Part shown: positions 36,940 through 46,866 of the stretch, piece after piece | Layout of the letters: each line of letters opens with the position of its first letter | Position numbering within the stretch: the first letter of the stretch is position 1 | DNA from: a virus | Taxonomy: Duplodnaviria; Caudoviricetes | Strand: one strand, 5' to 3' | IMG/VR virus record: IMGVR_UViG_3300013414_000053 | Coordinates: 1 to 64,000 of that record | DNA length: 64,000 nucleotides | Position numbers and translations under genes: made by a program | The notes under the pieces: generated by a model | The model's input: only the letters and a program-made list of their open reading frames with translations | The model's database searches: none | Told to the model about the DNA's origin: nothing

Positions 36940-38223
36940 ATGGCACAACTCAGTTATATAAATACTGGGGTTAAGCAAACCCCAGACTTAACTTTCAATA
37001 TCCCGACAGATGAGAGTGTCGGAGCCTTTTTATTTGACACAAGTGGGTTTGATAAGCCGTTTGAGTCATTCCCACTGTTGTATCACAATTTCAAAGATGG
37101 CCAGATTCAGTGTATCAAAAATATGGATGATGCACTATTGCTTGGTATAACTAATGATGGTTTTCTCAATGGATTGATATACTATCATTTATCTCAATTC
37201 TTTGATTTTATTGGAGAGAACCAAGCTGTATATATTGCCATTGCTGATTGTACTAAGGACTGGGATGTGATACAGTATATTCAGCAGCAGGCCAGCGGGC
37301 GAATATTTCATATTGGAGTTTGGACTTCTCAACCTATCTGGAATAAGAAAACCGATGGGTCAATGGGGTTTACCTCGCTCATAACCGACCTTCAGGCACA
37401 AGCTGATGAAATCAATGGTAAAATCGGAGTGTCAACTCATACGATGGTGCCTCTGCATATAATGTTATGCGGAAATACGAATTATATTGGAGGCGATCAA
37501 ATCCATTATAAGAAATTGCCTAACGCTATTGAATTGAATTGCCCTAAGGTTTCCGTAGCTTTAGTACAAAACGGCTCTCAGGAAGTGCGCCAGATGCAGG
37601 GCAACAATCCTCTTCAGGCCCCAGTTTCTTCTTTGGGATTGATAATGGCTTGTCTGGCTTTATGTGGAGCTGAAGAAAGTATTGCATCTCTGGAAAAATG
37701 TGATTTGAACAAAAATGAGGGATTCAATAATCCGGAATGGGGCGTAGGTAGTACCGGTACTCCAATGAGTAGCGTACACCGTGTATGGGCCAATACTATC
37801 TCTTCACGAGGCTACATCATTCCAGTTGATTATGAAGGGTTGGAAGCCTCATACTTTCTTAGCAGTGACCAGACTTTGTGTGAAGGTGACTTCAACAATA
37901 TAGCCAACAATCGTGTAATGCACAAATGTCGCCGGGCAATGTGTACAGCTCTTATTCCCTATGTAAACAGCAATCATATTTATGTTCCCGGCACCCATAA
38001 TATCAGCGCAACATCAATCACTATTATCACAGATTCTATCAACACACTTTTGGATTCCGTGATGAGAAATAAGCAAGGTCAAAATCAGATTAATGGTCGA
38101 GTAGTAACATTCTTGGAAAATGATGAGCTTCTGGAGAATGACTCTATTTCACTGAGACTGGAAATCGGGCCGGTAAACTATAGTGGTTTCTTGTCAGAAG
38201 AAGTTTCGCACGATATAGATTAA
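36940..38223 (+). CDS. second sheath-like paralogue
   Basis: Shares IGVWT, SSDQTL..GD, RVMHK.RR motifs with 34205..35575. Confidence 0.75.
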   Translation: MAQLSYINTGVKQTPDLTFNIPTDESVGAFLFDTSGFDKPFESFPLLYHNFKDGQIQCIKNMDDALLLGITNDGFLNGLIYYHLSQFFDFIGENQAVYIAIADCTKDWDVIQYIQQQASGRIFHIGVWTSQPIWNKKTDGSMGFTSLITDLQAQADEINGKIGVSTHTMVPLHIMLCGNTNYIGGDQIHYKKLPNAIELNCPKVSVALVQNGSQEVRQMQGNNPLQAPVSSLGLIMACLALCGAEESIASLEKCDLNKNEGFNNPEWGVGSTGTPMSSVHRVWANTISSRGYIIPVDYEGLEASYFLSSDQTLCEGDFNNIANNRVMHKCRRAMCTALIPYVNSNHIYVPGTHNISATSITIITDSINTLLDSVMRNKQGQNQINGRVVTFLENDELLENDSISLRLEIGPVNYSGFLSEEVSHDID

Positions 38224-38331
38224 GATTTTTAAGGTTCAAGCGTATCAAAGAACCACATGCCCCAGGCCGTAAATGGCTTGGGGCTTCTCTTTGACTATTA
38301 ATAGGTAGCAAATCATTTAGCATTACTACCA

Positions 38332-41300
38332 ATGGCAGATTATAAAGATTACATCGTCAGGTATGACATTATTGCTGATGTAACCAAGGCCGCCGAGGGA
38401 CTTCAATCCATTGCGAACATCGCAAAGGAATTTGAAGGTCCAATGAACACGCTTAAAACAGCGATCACTCAGGTTAGCCAGTCGGTATATCAGCTCAAAC
38501 AGAACTCGCAAATGACATTTGCTCCTAAGATTGATGTAGGGGCATTTAATAATCAGTTGCGAGCAATGGTGACACAAGTTAGAAGTGCCGCCGCCGAAAT
38601 GCACTCTGCAATCTTTCAAGCTCTTTCTGGTAACTCAACTGCAACCCAAACCGTTCAAAAAGGTATCAGTTCTGCTCTAAATTCTCCAAGAACAGTTGCA
38701 GCAATAAAGAAGGATATTGAAAGCTATAACAGAGAGTTAGATAAACTCTTAGGTACACCCAAAAAAAATAAAAAGGGCGATACCATAAGAAATCGTGATG
38801 GCTTGATTCAAATGACTAAAAATGGATTGGCAAAAGCCAGTGTGCATGATCAAGCCATATTCCAGGAAAAATTAATGAAACTGGAAACTCAGAAAAGAGC
38901 TATCCAAAACATCATTCAGCAACGCAAGGCTGAACTTGCAATGGCTGAAAAACTTGAAAAGGAGGTAGCGGCACAGCAGGCAAAAACGACAAAAGCACAG
39001 TCATCTGCTATTACTGCCACTTCCCATGCCTCCGCACCTCAGCCAGCCAAACTCACCAATGTAACTCCAGCAGTTATTAGAGAGTGGAAGAAAGCTTTTG
39101 GCGATGCAAAAAATAAATCTCTGACAGTCAATATCCGTGGAAACGCTTCAGGTACCAATGGTGCATTGACTGTGATTGAACAAATTCAGACTTCATTAAA
39201 AGCTTTACAGTCGCAAGCATCCTTCAATATCAATCCGGTATTGAACACTGAAGGCTTTGCTGCTGCTGAAGCTCAACTGCGTCAGCTCGCAAGTTTAAGT
39301 GCTGCCGTTGTTGCTCCCTTCACTTCAAAAGATACAAAGGCTAAAGGGAAGCCCGGCAATGTGGTTTCTACTCTTACTAAAGAAGAAAAAAACAGATTAG
39401 CGGACGCTCGTAAGCAAATCAAGACTTGGAATGATAAAATCACCCCCATTCAGCAACGTCTTGATGCTAACAGAGCTATTCCCGAAGAGCAGAGGACACC
39501 TGCTATTAAAGGGCAAATAACTCGTGATGTAAAGACATTAGCCACTTATCAGGCAAATAGGGCTGAACAAGAAAATATTGTTCGCAATTTGCAAGGCAGA
39601 TCTGTCGCAGCAGTTCAGTCAACAGCCAGAGCGATTAAGCCATTGGCTCTTGATATAGTAGGTAATCTGTCAAAGATTAATGTAACAGCTAAACCGCCTG
39701 TCATTCCTGTTGTTGGTGAAATAACCAAACTGGAAGGTAAGGTTACAGAAGCTATACCGGTCAATGTAAAAATAATGTCAGACCAGGTTGCAGCTTCTGT
39801 CAGGTCAATTACACCCAGACCGGTTCTGGATGTACAGGTTCATCTTGTCACAGATCAGGCAAAGCAACAGTTACAAACTCTTGCTTCACAAACTAAACCT
39901 ATTCAGAAGCCAGTAACTAAATCTGCATCTGGCTCCAAGACAACTGCAACAACTCCTGTTTCATCTACAACTCCTGCTGCAATCTCTCCTACTGCCAAAA
40001 CTAAAAAGGCATCTTCAAAAGCAGCTGTGACCAGTGTAGTTGATACAAAAGACGTTATACGTCAGATTCAAGAAATTCCACGTCAGACTATTCCAGTTGC
40101 TGTGAAGTTGATGTGGGAACGTGGTGTTATCGGAAAACAAGAGCAACTAAAAAAAATGGCTGGCACCATCCCGCCTATAAAACTGTCTCTTGATTCTTCG
40201 ATTGCTCTTGTTCAACTTGAAGAGTTCATTGCCAAAATTAAAGCTGCAAGTCCACAAAACATAAAGCTGACAGCCACTGGTGTACCGGCAGCTCCTTCCG
40301 CAACTACACCCGCTTCCGCTTCAAAACCTGCTGTTGTACCTCAGTCAAAACAACAGACTGTAACTTCAGCAACTAAGAAAACTCCTGTTGTCGATTCTAC
40401 CAAGAAACTGAATCAACCTAAAATTCCACCAGTTTCTTTAACTCTTGATACAACTGGAGCTGTAGCTGCTTTGGAAGAGTTTATCGCTAAGGTAAGAGCT
40501 GCAAGTCCACAAAACATAAAGCTGACAGCCACTGGTGTACCGGCTAACACTCCTACTCAGACAACAGCTGCACAGCAAACACCAGTTGCTTCAACAACTC
40601 CGGCTACCTCTATTGTGCCCCCTATTACTACCGGCGGTTCAACTCAGAAAGGAAAAAAACAAGCTGGTCACACCGGTCATCAACCCCTTACTGTTCAAGA
40701 ACGCTACGATAGGCAAAGACAGCAATCTGAAGAAAGAGCGCGTAAGCAAAGAGGTGATAATAGATTTAGAGCTGCAAAACATCAGGAATATATCTCACAG
40801 CAGCAAGCATGGCATGCTCAACAGCAATCCATGTATAATCATCTTTTCCGAAATATTCCGAGAGATGCAAAGCCTGATGTGAATTGGGCTCAACGTGAAC
40901 AAGCAAAACGCAATGCTGAATTAGCTCGCATGAGAGCAGATGCTACAGCCGCATTTGCAACTCCCACCCCTTATGAGACAAAGGAACGAGCCAATGCCGT
41001 AGCCAAAAGCATAAATCGACATCAACAACAGGCAACCAGATTAAGGGCACAAGCTTATAATTCAATGCTTCCATTTGCTCAGAATAAAGAGCAAGTGAAT
41101 ATGCTGACTAAGCATCGCAAGTTCTTCCGTCAAGCGGTTGCCACTACTGGCATTGTGCCTACTCCCGGCATGGAAGCCCCTCAGATGCTGAAATACTTGC
41201 AGGGTGTTTCGTCTCAAGTGCAGCAGGCAAGTGTTGCTGTTCCCTGGCAGTTGCAAAGCCAAATCAACAAACTGGAAGGTCAGATAGCTAAGAGTGAGGG

Positions 41301-44300
41301 TATTGGAGAATCTTCACCTTCTCGTAGTTCGATGGCCCCTATGCCTGTTAGACAGAAGCCTTTTTTTGATCGTACACGTAAATGGGCATATCCCTTTACC
41401 GGGCAAACATCTTTCGGTGTTCGCACACCTATGGCTGTTGATATGGCAAAGGGTATGGGCGTTATGTTTGCGATTGGGGGTGCCATGTCTGCTATCGGCA
41501 GCTCCTTTAGTCAAGCTATGGAGTACCAAAACACTATGCGCACTACCCAAGCCATACTTCAGAATGGTACTGATTCTTATAGTCAGAACGCCTTCAAAAA
41601 TATGGAGGGTACTGTGCGTAATGTTGGTGTCAAAACTAAATTCTCTGCCCCTGAAGTAGCAAGCGCAGCACGATTCCTTGCAATGGCAGGCTATGACATT
41701 GATGCTATCAACGATGCTATCAGACCTATTGCTGACTTAGCTCTTATTGGCGATTCCGATTTAGGAGAGACCGCCGATAAGATGACTAACATTATGACCA
41801 CGTTCCAGATTGCGCCGGAGCGTATGCGTGAAACCGCAAATATTATGGCAACAACTGCAACAAGGTCAAATACAGACCTGATGATGCTGGCTGAATCTGC
41901 TAAATATGGTGGTGGCGTAGCTAATATGTATGGGCGTAATGATCCCAATCTCTTTGCTGATACAATGGCTTTGTTTGGTGTCATGGGTAATGCCGGTATT
42001 CAGGCATCATCTGCCGGTACTGCATTGCGTATGATGTATCAGAACTTATTCAAGCCGAATAAGAATCAGCAGAAGGTTCTCGATATGATGAAGCAGAGCT
42101 ATGGAATTGCCACTTTGAAAGAAGATGGTAGCTACAGAGCTATGTCTGACATCTTGATTGAGATGGCGCAGCGCATACCTGAGAATCAGATGGCTCAGAT
42201 TGTAGGTAATCTTTTCCGTATTACTGCACAGCCAGGCGCGGCTGCAACATTGTTGGCAGCTGCCGGAGGTGATAAAGGAATAGCTGAAGAAATTGGCAGC
42301 GGCATTGAGATGATGTCTAACAAGATGAGCAGCAAGGCTGGTATGAGTTCGCTTGTCTCTCTAATGTTGGCTAACCGAAATTCTGTCAACGGCAATATTT
42401 CAGGTGCTATTGCTGAAGAAAAACAGAATACCATTACAGGTTTATGGGCGCAGGTAACTTCAACATTTACTGAAGGTATCGTTCAGGCATTTGAAAATCG
42501 TCAAGGTGGCTTTGAGGGTATGCTCAAAAAGCTCAGGGATTACCTTGCAAAACCTGAAACTATACAAATGATGCAGAACCTTCTCGATTTGATTATCGAA
42601 ATCGGTAAGGTTATGGCTTGGTTTGTTAAGATTTGGGCCTCGCTTTACAATGCTGCTCCTGGTCTTATCGAATTCTGGATTACATTCCAAATGGGCATTA
42701 CTCAGATGGGTACTCTAATTGCTCCTATTATATCACTGATAGGTGTATTTGACCGTCTGAAGGGTTCAATTATGGCTCTGGCTGGCATTTCTGCTGTCGG
42801 AGGATCAGCTGTGACACGCAATGTGGCCGGTAGTGTGGCTGCCGGTACAGCAGCTAATGCTGCAATAGCGAACACGCCATTCATAGTTGGTTCTGGTAAA
42901 TTCGGCACTAATAAGGTTATTCGTGGTAATATTGCTACCAGAGCGCATAATGCTATGGCTGCAAATGCTATCCTTGCCGGAGAGCTTGCACTAAGTGGCG
43001 CCAATAAGCAGACCACACTGGCCGCTCTCAATAAAGAGACACGTCAGCATTATGCTGCTGTTCGTGAACGTGCTGCAAGAATATATGGGCCATCGAGAGC
43101 TGTACGAGCCTTCAAAACAGCTGCCACAACACTGCCGACAATGGCATCTTTGGCTCCTATGTTTGGAGGATTAAAGAGTATGCTGATGGATCTGTTGACC
43201 GGGCTTGCAAAAGCTGCCGGATTCCTTGTTAATCCTGTAACTTTGGCAGTTGGTGCTGTTGCAGGTCTTGGTTATGGTCTTTATAAACTCAAACAGCGTA
43301 TTGACGGTACTACAGAAGCACAGCAAATTGCAGCGCAAAAAGCTAAAGTTGCGGCACAATCAACTGCAAAGGAATTGAATCTTCAAGGTAAATGGCACAA
43401 TGAACTTGGTGTTAATCGAATAATTGATGGAACAGTTATTCATGCACCTCAATCCGAAGAAGTACAACAATACTTGAAAGATCAAGAACGATTCAAACAG
43501 AGTTATAATATTCTATGGAATAATCTTGCACAAGATGCGTCTAAGCAGTCCATAAATACGACCGCAAGTGAATGGCGTGGTATTATTAAGCAGAATCCTG
43601 CATATAAAATTGCTTTTGGCAATAAATACGACGAATATGCTGGTGAGGGCTTGACAAAATGGACCAATAGCAATAAAATGTGGAATCACGGTCCTAATGA
43701 TTTAATCGGAGCTATACATGATATTTGGGTAGAGCAAGATGACCATGCTATTGATCTTCAGAAACGCATGGTACAGGCTTCGTTAATGATTGAAGGTGCC
43801 AATAGTAGTCTTACACAAAAATATGTAAATGATATTATTGCGCTTCGAGAGCGAGTCATTAATAAGGAGATTGACGAACAGGAATATCAAAATACAACTC
43901 AAGAAATCCTCAATAAGGTAAAAGGATTTTTGCCCGCTAATCGACTGGATGCCACAAATATGACACCAGACGAGTTAAAAAACACAAGTAATAGAAGTGT
44001 TTATGCCCCCTACCAGGATGCTATCTTTAATGTACTTAATGCGTATATTAGAGGCGACTATGGTACCGATACAGGAGCCTTAAACGCATGGCATGACCTT
44101 ACTAACAGAAATGAAGATGGAAGTCTTGCTAATGGTTTGGTTGAATGGTCTCAACAGTGGTATGCAAAATTAGCAAATGTTGCTAAAGACATACGTCTCA
44201 CTGATAGTTTCTTCTCACCAGATGGTACTCATCAGGAAAATATGAAAATCATATTATCAATGATGCCTGATACTGGTAAGTTTGATGCTTCATCAATAGT

Positions 44301-45003
44301 TGAGCAAGTTCGTCAAAAAATCAATGGTTTCCAGCTTACATTACAGCAGTTCTCTGATATGCTCTCAACAGTATATGATATACTTAAACAGGCTGGTATT
44401 CTTGATGAAAATGACATCAACAGATTCCAATTCATTAGAAATCAACTGATGGGGCAGAAATTTACTTCTAATACAGTTCGTAAATATTGGCAGGAAAATA
44501 TCGGAATTAATAATAATTCTGAATGGATCAAGGCTGGCATTTCTGAAAATGATTACGTTAACTGGATGATGGGGGTAAAAGGCGCTATGAATGATCTTGA
44601 CATCAGTAAAAAACTGGGTAGAACAATTACTCGAAGTCAAGAAAATTCTCAAATGGCGACAAATATAGCAAGAAAAGCTGCAAATTTGGGAAACAAAAAT
44701 GCACCTGTAAAAACTCCAACTACCACCACAGAGATCAAAACTCCTACAACACCTCAAACTACTCCTACGCCTACCGTCAAGGACCAGCAGGCATACGCCT
44801 CTCACTATGATAGAAGTGCAGCCAGACCAACCCAAGTGATATTCAATATCAACAATCTGGCGAGCTTCGATAGAACCACAGTAGCCTCCAGTGCTGAAGA
44901 GCGAGATCTGATGGCTGCGATGGAAGATAAGATAGTCGGGGCGGTTTATCAGATGTTTGCTGAAGCCTCTAATCAAGCTCAAAGAGTAATGGATCTTACA
45001 TAA
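38332..45003 (+). CDS. tape measure protein (2223 aa, TP901-type core)
   Basis: TKFSAPEVASAARFLAMAG, TATRSNTDL..LAESAKY, GIQASSAGTALR motifs. Confidence 0.92.
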   Translation: MADYKDYIVRYDIIADVTKAAEGLQSIANIAKEFEGPMNTLKTAITQVSQSVYQLKQNSQMTFAPKIDVGAFNNQLRAMVTQVRSAAAEMHSAIFQALSGNSTATQTVQKGISSALNSPRTVAAIKKDIESYNRELDKLLGTPKKNKKGDTIRNRDGLIQMTKNGLAKASVHDQAIFQEKLMKLETQKRAIQNIIQQRKAELAMAEKLEKEVAAQQAKTTKAQSSAITATSHASAPQPAKLTNVTPAVIREWKKAFGDAKNKSLTVNIRGNASGTNGALTVIEQIQTSLKALQSQASFNINPVLNTEGFAAAEAQLRQLASLSAAVVAPFTSKDTKAKGKPGNVVSTLTKEEKNRLADARKQIKTWNDKITPIQQRLDANRAIPEEQRTPAIKGQITRDVKTLATYQANRAEQENIVRNLQGRSVAAVQSTARAIKPLALDIVGNLSKINVTAKPPVIPVVGEITKLEGKVTEAIPVNVKIMSDQVAASVRSITPRPVLDVQVHLVTDQAKQQLQTLASQTKPIQKPVTKSASGSKTTATTPVSSTTPAAISPTAKTKKASSKAAVTSVVDTKDVIRQIQEIPRQTIPVAVKLMWERGVIGKQEQLKKMAGTIPPIKLSLDSSIALVQLEEFIAKIKAASPQNIKLTATGVPAAPSATTPASASKPAVVPQSKQQTVTSATKKTPVVDSTKKLNQPKIPPVSLTLDTTGAVAALEEFIAKVRAASPQNIKLTATGVPANTPTQTTAAQQTPVASTTPATSIVPPITTGGSTQKGKKQAGHTGHQPLTVQERYDRQRQQSEERARKQRGDNRFRAAKHQEYISQQQAWHAQQQSMYNHLFRNIPRDAKPDVNWAQREQAKRNAELARMRADATAAFATPTPYETKERANAVAKSINRHQQQATRLRAQAYNSMLPFAQNKEQVNMLTKHRKFFRQAVATTGIVPTPGMEAPQMLKYLQGVSSQVQQASVAVPWQLQSQINKLEGQIAKSEGIGESSPSRSSMAPMPVRQKPFFDRTRKWAYPFTGQTSFGVRTPMAVDMAKGMGVMFAIGGAMSAIGSSFSQAMEYQNTMRTTQAILQNGTDSYSQNAFKNMEGTVRNVGVKTKFSAPEVASAARFLAMAGYDIDAINDAIRPIADLALIGDSDLGETADKMTNIMTTFQIAPERMRETANIMATTATRSNTDLMMLAESAKYGGGVANMYGRNDPNLFADTMALFGVMGNAGIQASSAGTALRMMYQNLFKPNKNQQKVLDMMKQSYGIATLKEDGSYRAMSDILIEMAQRIPENQMAQIVGNLFRITAQPGAAATLLAAAGGDKGIAEEIGSGIEMMSNKMSSKAGMSSLVSLMLANRNSVNGNISGAIAEEKQNTITGLWAQVTSTFTEGIVQAFENRQGGFEGMLKKLRDYLAKPETIQMMQNLLDLIIEIGKVMAWFVKIWASLYNAAPGLIEFWITFQMGITQMGTLIAPIISLIGVFDRLKGSIMALAGISAVGGSAVTRNVAGSVAAGTAANAAIANTPFIVGSGKFGTNKVIRGNIATRAHNAMAANAILAGELALSGANKQTTLAALNKETRQHYAAVRERAARIYGPSRAVRAFKTAATTLPTMASLAPMFGGLKSMLMDLLTGLAKAAGFLVNPVTLAVGAVAGLGYGLYKLKQRIDGTTEAQQIAAQKAKVAAQSTAKELNLQGKWHNELGVNRIIDGTVIHAPQSEEVQQYLKDQERFKQSYNILWNNLAQDASKQSINTTASEWRGIIKQNPAYKIAFGNKYDEYAGEGLTKWTNSNKMWNHGPNDLIGAIHDIWVEQDDHAIDLQKRMVQASLMIEGANSSLTQKYVNDIIALRERVINKEIDEQEYQNTTQEILNKVKGFLPANRLDATNMTPDELKNTSNRSVYAPYQDAIFNVLNAYIRGDYGTDTGALNAWHDLTNRNEDGSLANGLVEWSQQWYAKLANVAKDIRLTDSFFSPDGTHQENMKIILSMMPDTGKFDASSIVEQVRQKINGFQLTLQQFSDMLSTVYDILKQAGILDENDINRFQFIRNQLMGQKFTSNTVRKYWQENIGINNNSEWIKAGISENDYVNWMMGVKGAMNDLDISKKLGRTITRSQENSQMATNIARKAANLGNKNAPVKTPTTTTEIKTPTTPQTTPTPTVKDQQAYASHYDRSAARPTQVIFNINNLASFDRTTVASSAEERDLMAAMEDKIVGAVYQMFAEASNQAQRVMDLT

Positions 45004-45007
45004 AATG

Positions 45008-45042
45008 AAATTGCACCGGGGTTGAATCTCCGGTGCAATTTT
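45008..45042. terminator. bidirectional terminator
   Basis: AAATTGCACCGG...CCGGTGCAATTT between convergent genes. Confidence 0.7.
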
Positions 45043-45608
45043 TATAATTCATTATAAGGTTCTTGATTATACTGATTATCCAAATTTACATCATCATAAG
45101 TCAATGTTAATGCAGGTTGATCTCCGACAATATCTAACTGTAAATTTAATGATGTTAAGTTATCAACAAATAAAACACCACTTTTTTGAGTAGCAGTATC
45201 TTCATAAGCTATCAAAGGGTTGTATTTGGATTTCAAAACAGACGATAGTGTATTATAATCTTGATAAAATGATTCCATATCATTTACAATCTTCACGAAC
45301 TGTATTTTTCTCACTTTATTTTGATAAGTGATCAAGCTCATGAAATCCCATATTTGATCTCCAAAACGTATAGGATCATTGTAAACAAATATATCACGAT
45401 CTATTTGATTCAGGTTATATCCAAGCTGTTTCATTTGTATCATAGCCGAATCTTTTGAAGTCTCCCCCAATATAACTCCCAACACCTCTCGTTTGAGAAC
45501 GGTATCTTTCTTTACTTCAGTTTGATCTACCGTAGTGGTCTTGCCTTTTTGATTATTACATCCCGTCAGCATGAAAAGGGATATGAGAATAATTACTAAT
45601 TGTCTCAT
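45042..45608 (-). CDS. lipoprotein (moron-like, antisense within the tail module)
   Basis: MRQLVIILISLFMLTG-C lipobox; own TAATTTTG promoter at 45726-45733. Confidence 0.8.
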   Translation of the reverse strand: MRQLVIILISLFMLTGCNNQKGKTTTVDQTEVKKDTVLKREVLGVILGETSKDSAMIQMKQLGYNLNQIDRDIFVYNDPIRFGDQIWDFMSLITYQNKVRKIQFVKIVNDMESFYQDYNTLSSVLKSKYNPLIAYEDTATQKSGVLFVDNLTSLNLQLDIVGDQPALTLTYDDVNLDNQYNQEPYNEL

Positions 45609-45784
45609 AGTTATTTTGAATTTGATATTATTCACAAATGACATATACTCTTTTTCTTATCTGAGGTGGTGATTTCGACGCGAATAGGAGTTATGCCACT
45701 TTTCACAAGTTTCTGAAAAGTAGTGCAAAATTACTCAAAATTTACCAATCCACCAAATTCATCGCTCCAGCACTATTATAAGAT

Positions 45785-46864
45785 ATGAGTATAAGTCTTA
45801 ATAACCTCGCAATAACATCCACCGGCGGAGCAATGGCCTCAACAATGGGGGCATTAATGAATACTTTGCAGAGTAAGATAGCCAATGGTGGTAGAGATAG
45901 TAACTGCAAATTTTACTATAATGATGGTGCCGGCGGCTCACTTCTTCAAGTAGCAGTCAAAGGTGTTGTCCGGGGCGCCGTGTCCGAATTAAAAAATGAA
46001 GCAGTCAATGCTTTTAATTCTTTGCTGAATGGTAAAAGAACCAAAGATTCTGTAGGTGCAGCATGGGTAGAGTCTGAACTAAAGAAGCAAGAGGTCGAGG
46101 CAAAAGAATATGGGATGATGCAAGTAGATGGTGGTACTATCTACGCTTTAGATGATTGGGGTGGCAAAGCCCCGGAAGCTCTGATGTTGGGAATTGAACT
46201 TGATCAGAACATAACCGTCACTCAAAAATTCCCAGTGTATCGTACCAAAGTAATTGATGCAAAAAAAGGTATCTATAAAGAGCAAGAGCCTGAAACCGTA
46301 AATAATGTTGTCAATACAAAGACTTTGGTATGGTACGACACCACTGCTTTGATAACCATTAATTCCGATAAAAATCTTATAGCCACTCGTGTTACTGGGC
46401 GTGATTATAGTCGTAAGGAACTTGTTTCCAATGGCGATATAAAATTCACTGTTTCAGGTCAAATCACAAGTGGAAAGCCAGACATCTATCCTACAGAAGA
46501 GATGCAGAAATTCTACAAGATTATGCAATACAAAGGCATTATCAAGGTCAATAATATGGTTCTTGATATGCTGGGTATCACGCATATTGTCATTGAGAAC
46601 TTCAGTGTCTCTCCACGTCAAGGATACAAATCTCTCCAACAATACACCTTCTCAGCTATTGGATTGCAGCCGGAGAATGAAATTGAAATCTCTGAAGATA
46701 CAATCTCGATCATACCGCAGAAGAATGTTTCCGCAAAAGAAGATGATGGCAGTGAATGGATGAAGATGTTGAACAATCAGCTTGAAGGACTTAAATCTAT
46801 GGCCACTGATTTGGTTAAACAGGGCGTAGGTTTGGCTGCCGGCTTGCTGGAAGAACAATTATAA
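45785..46864 (+). CDS. tail/baseplate protein (tube-initiator-like)
   Basis: Position after the tape measure; KELVSNGDIKFTVSG motif. Confidence 0.55.
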   Translation: MSISLNNLAITSTGGAMASTMGALMNTLQSKIANGGRDSNCKFYYNDGAGGSLLQVAVKGVVRGAVSELKNEAVNAFNSLLNGKRTKDSVGAAWVESELKKQEVEAKEYGMMQVDGGTIYALDDWGGKAPEALMLGIELDQNITVTQKFPVYRTKVIDAKKGIYKEQEPETVNNVVNTKTLVWYDTTALITINSDKNLIATRVTGRDYSRKELVSNGDIKFTVSGQITSGKPDIYPTEEMQKFYKIMQYKGIIKVNNMVLDMLGITHIVIENFSVSPRQGYKSLQQYTFSAIGLQPENEIEISEDTISIIPQKNVSAKEDDGSEWMKMLNNQLEGLKSMATDLVKQGVGLAAGLLEEQL

Positions 46865-46866
46865 TT

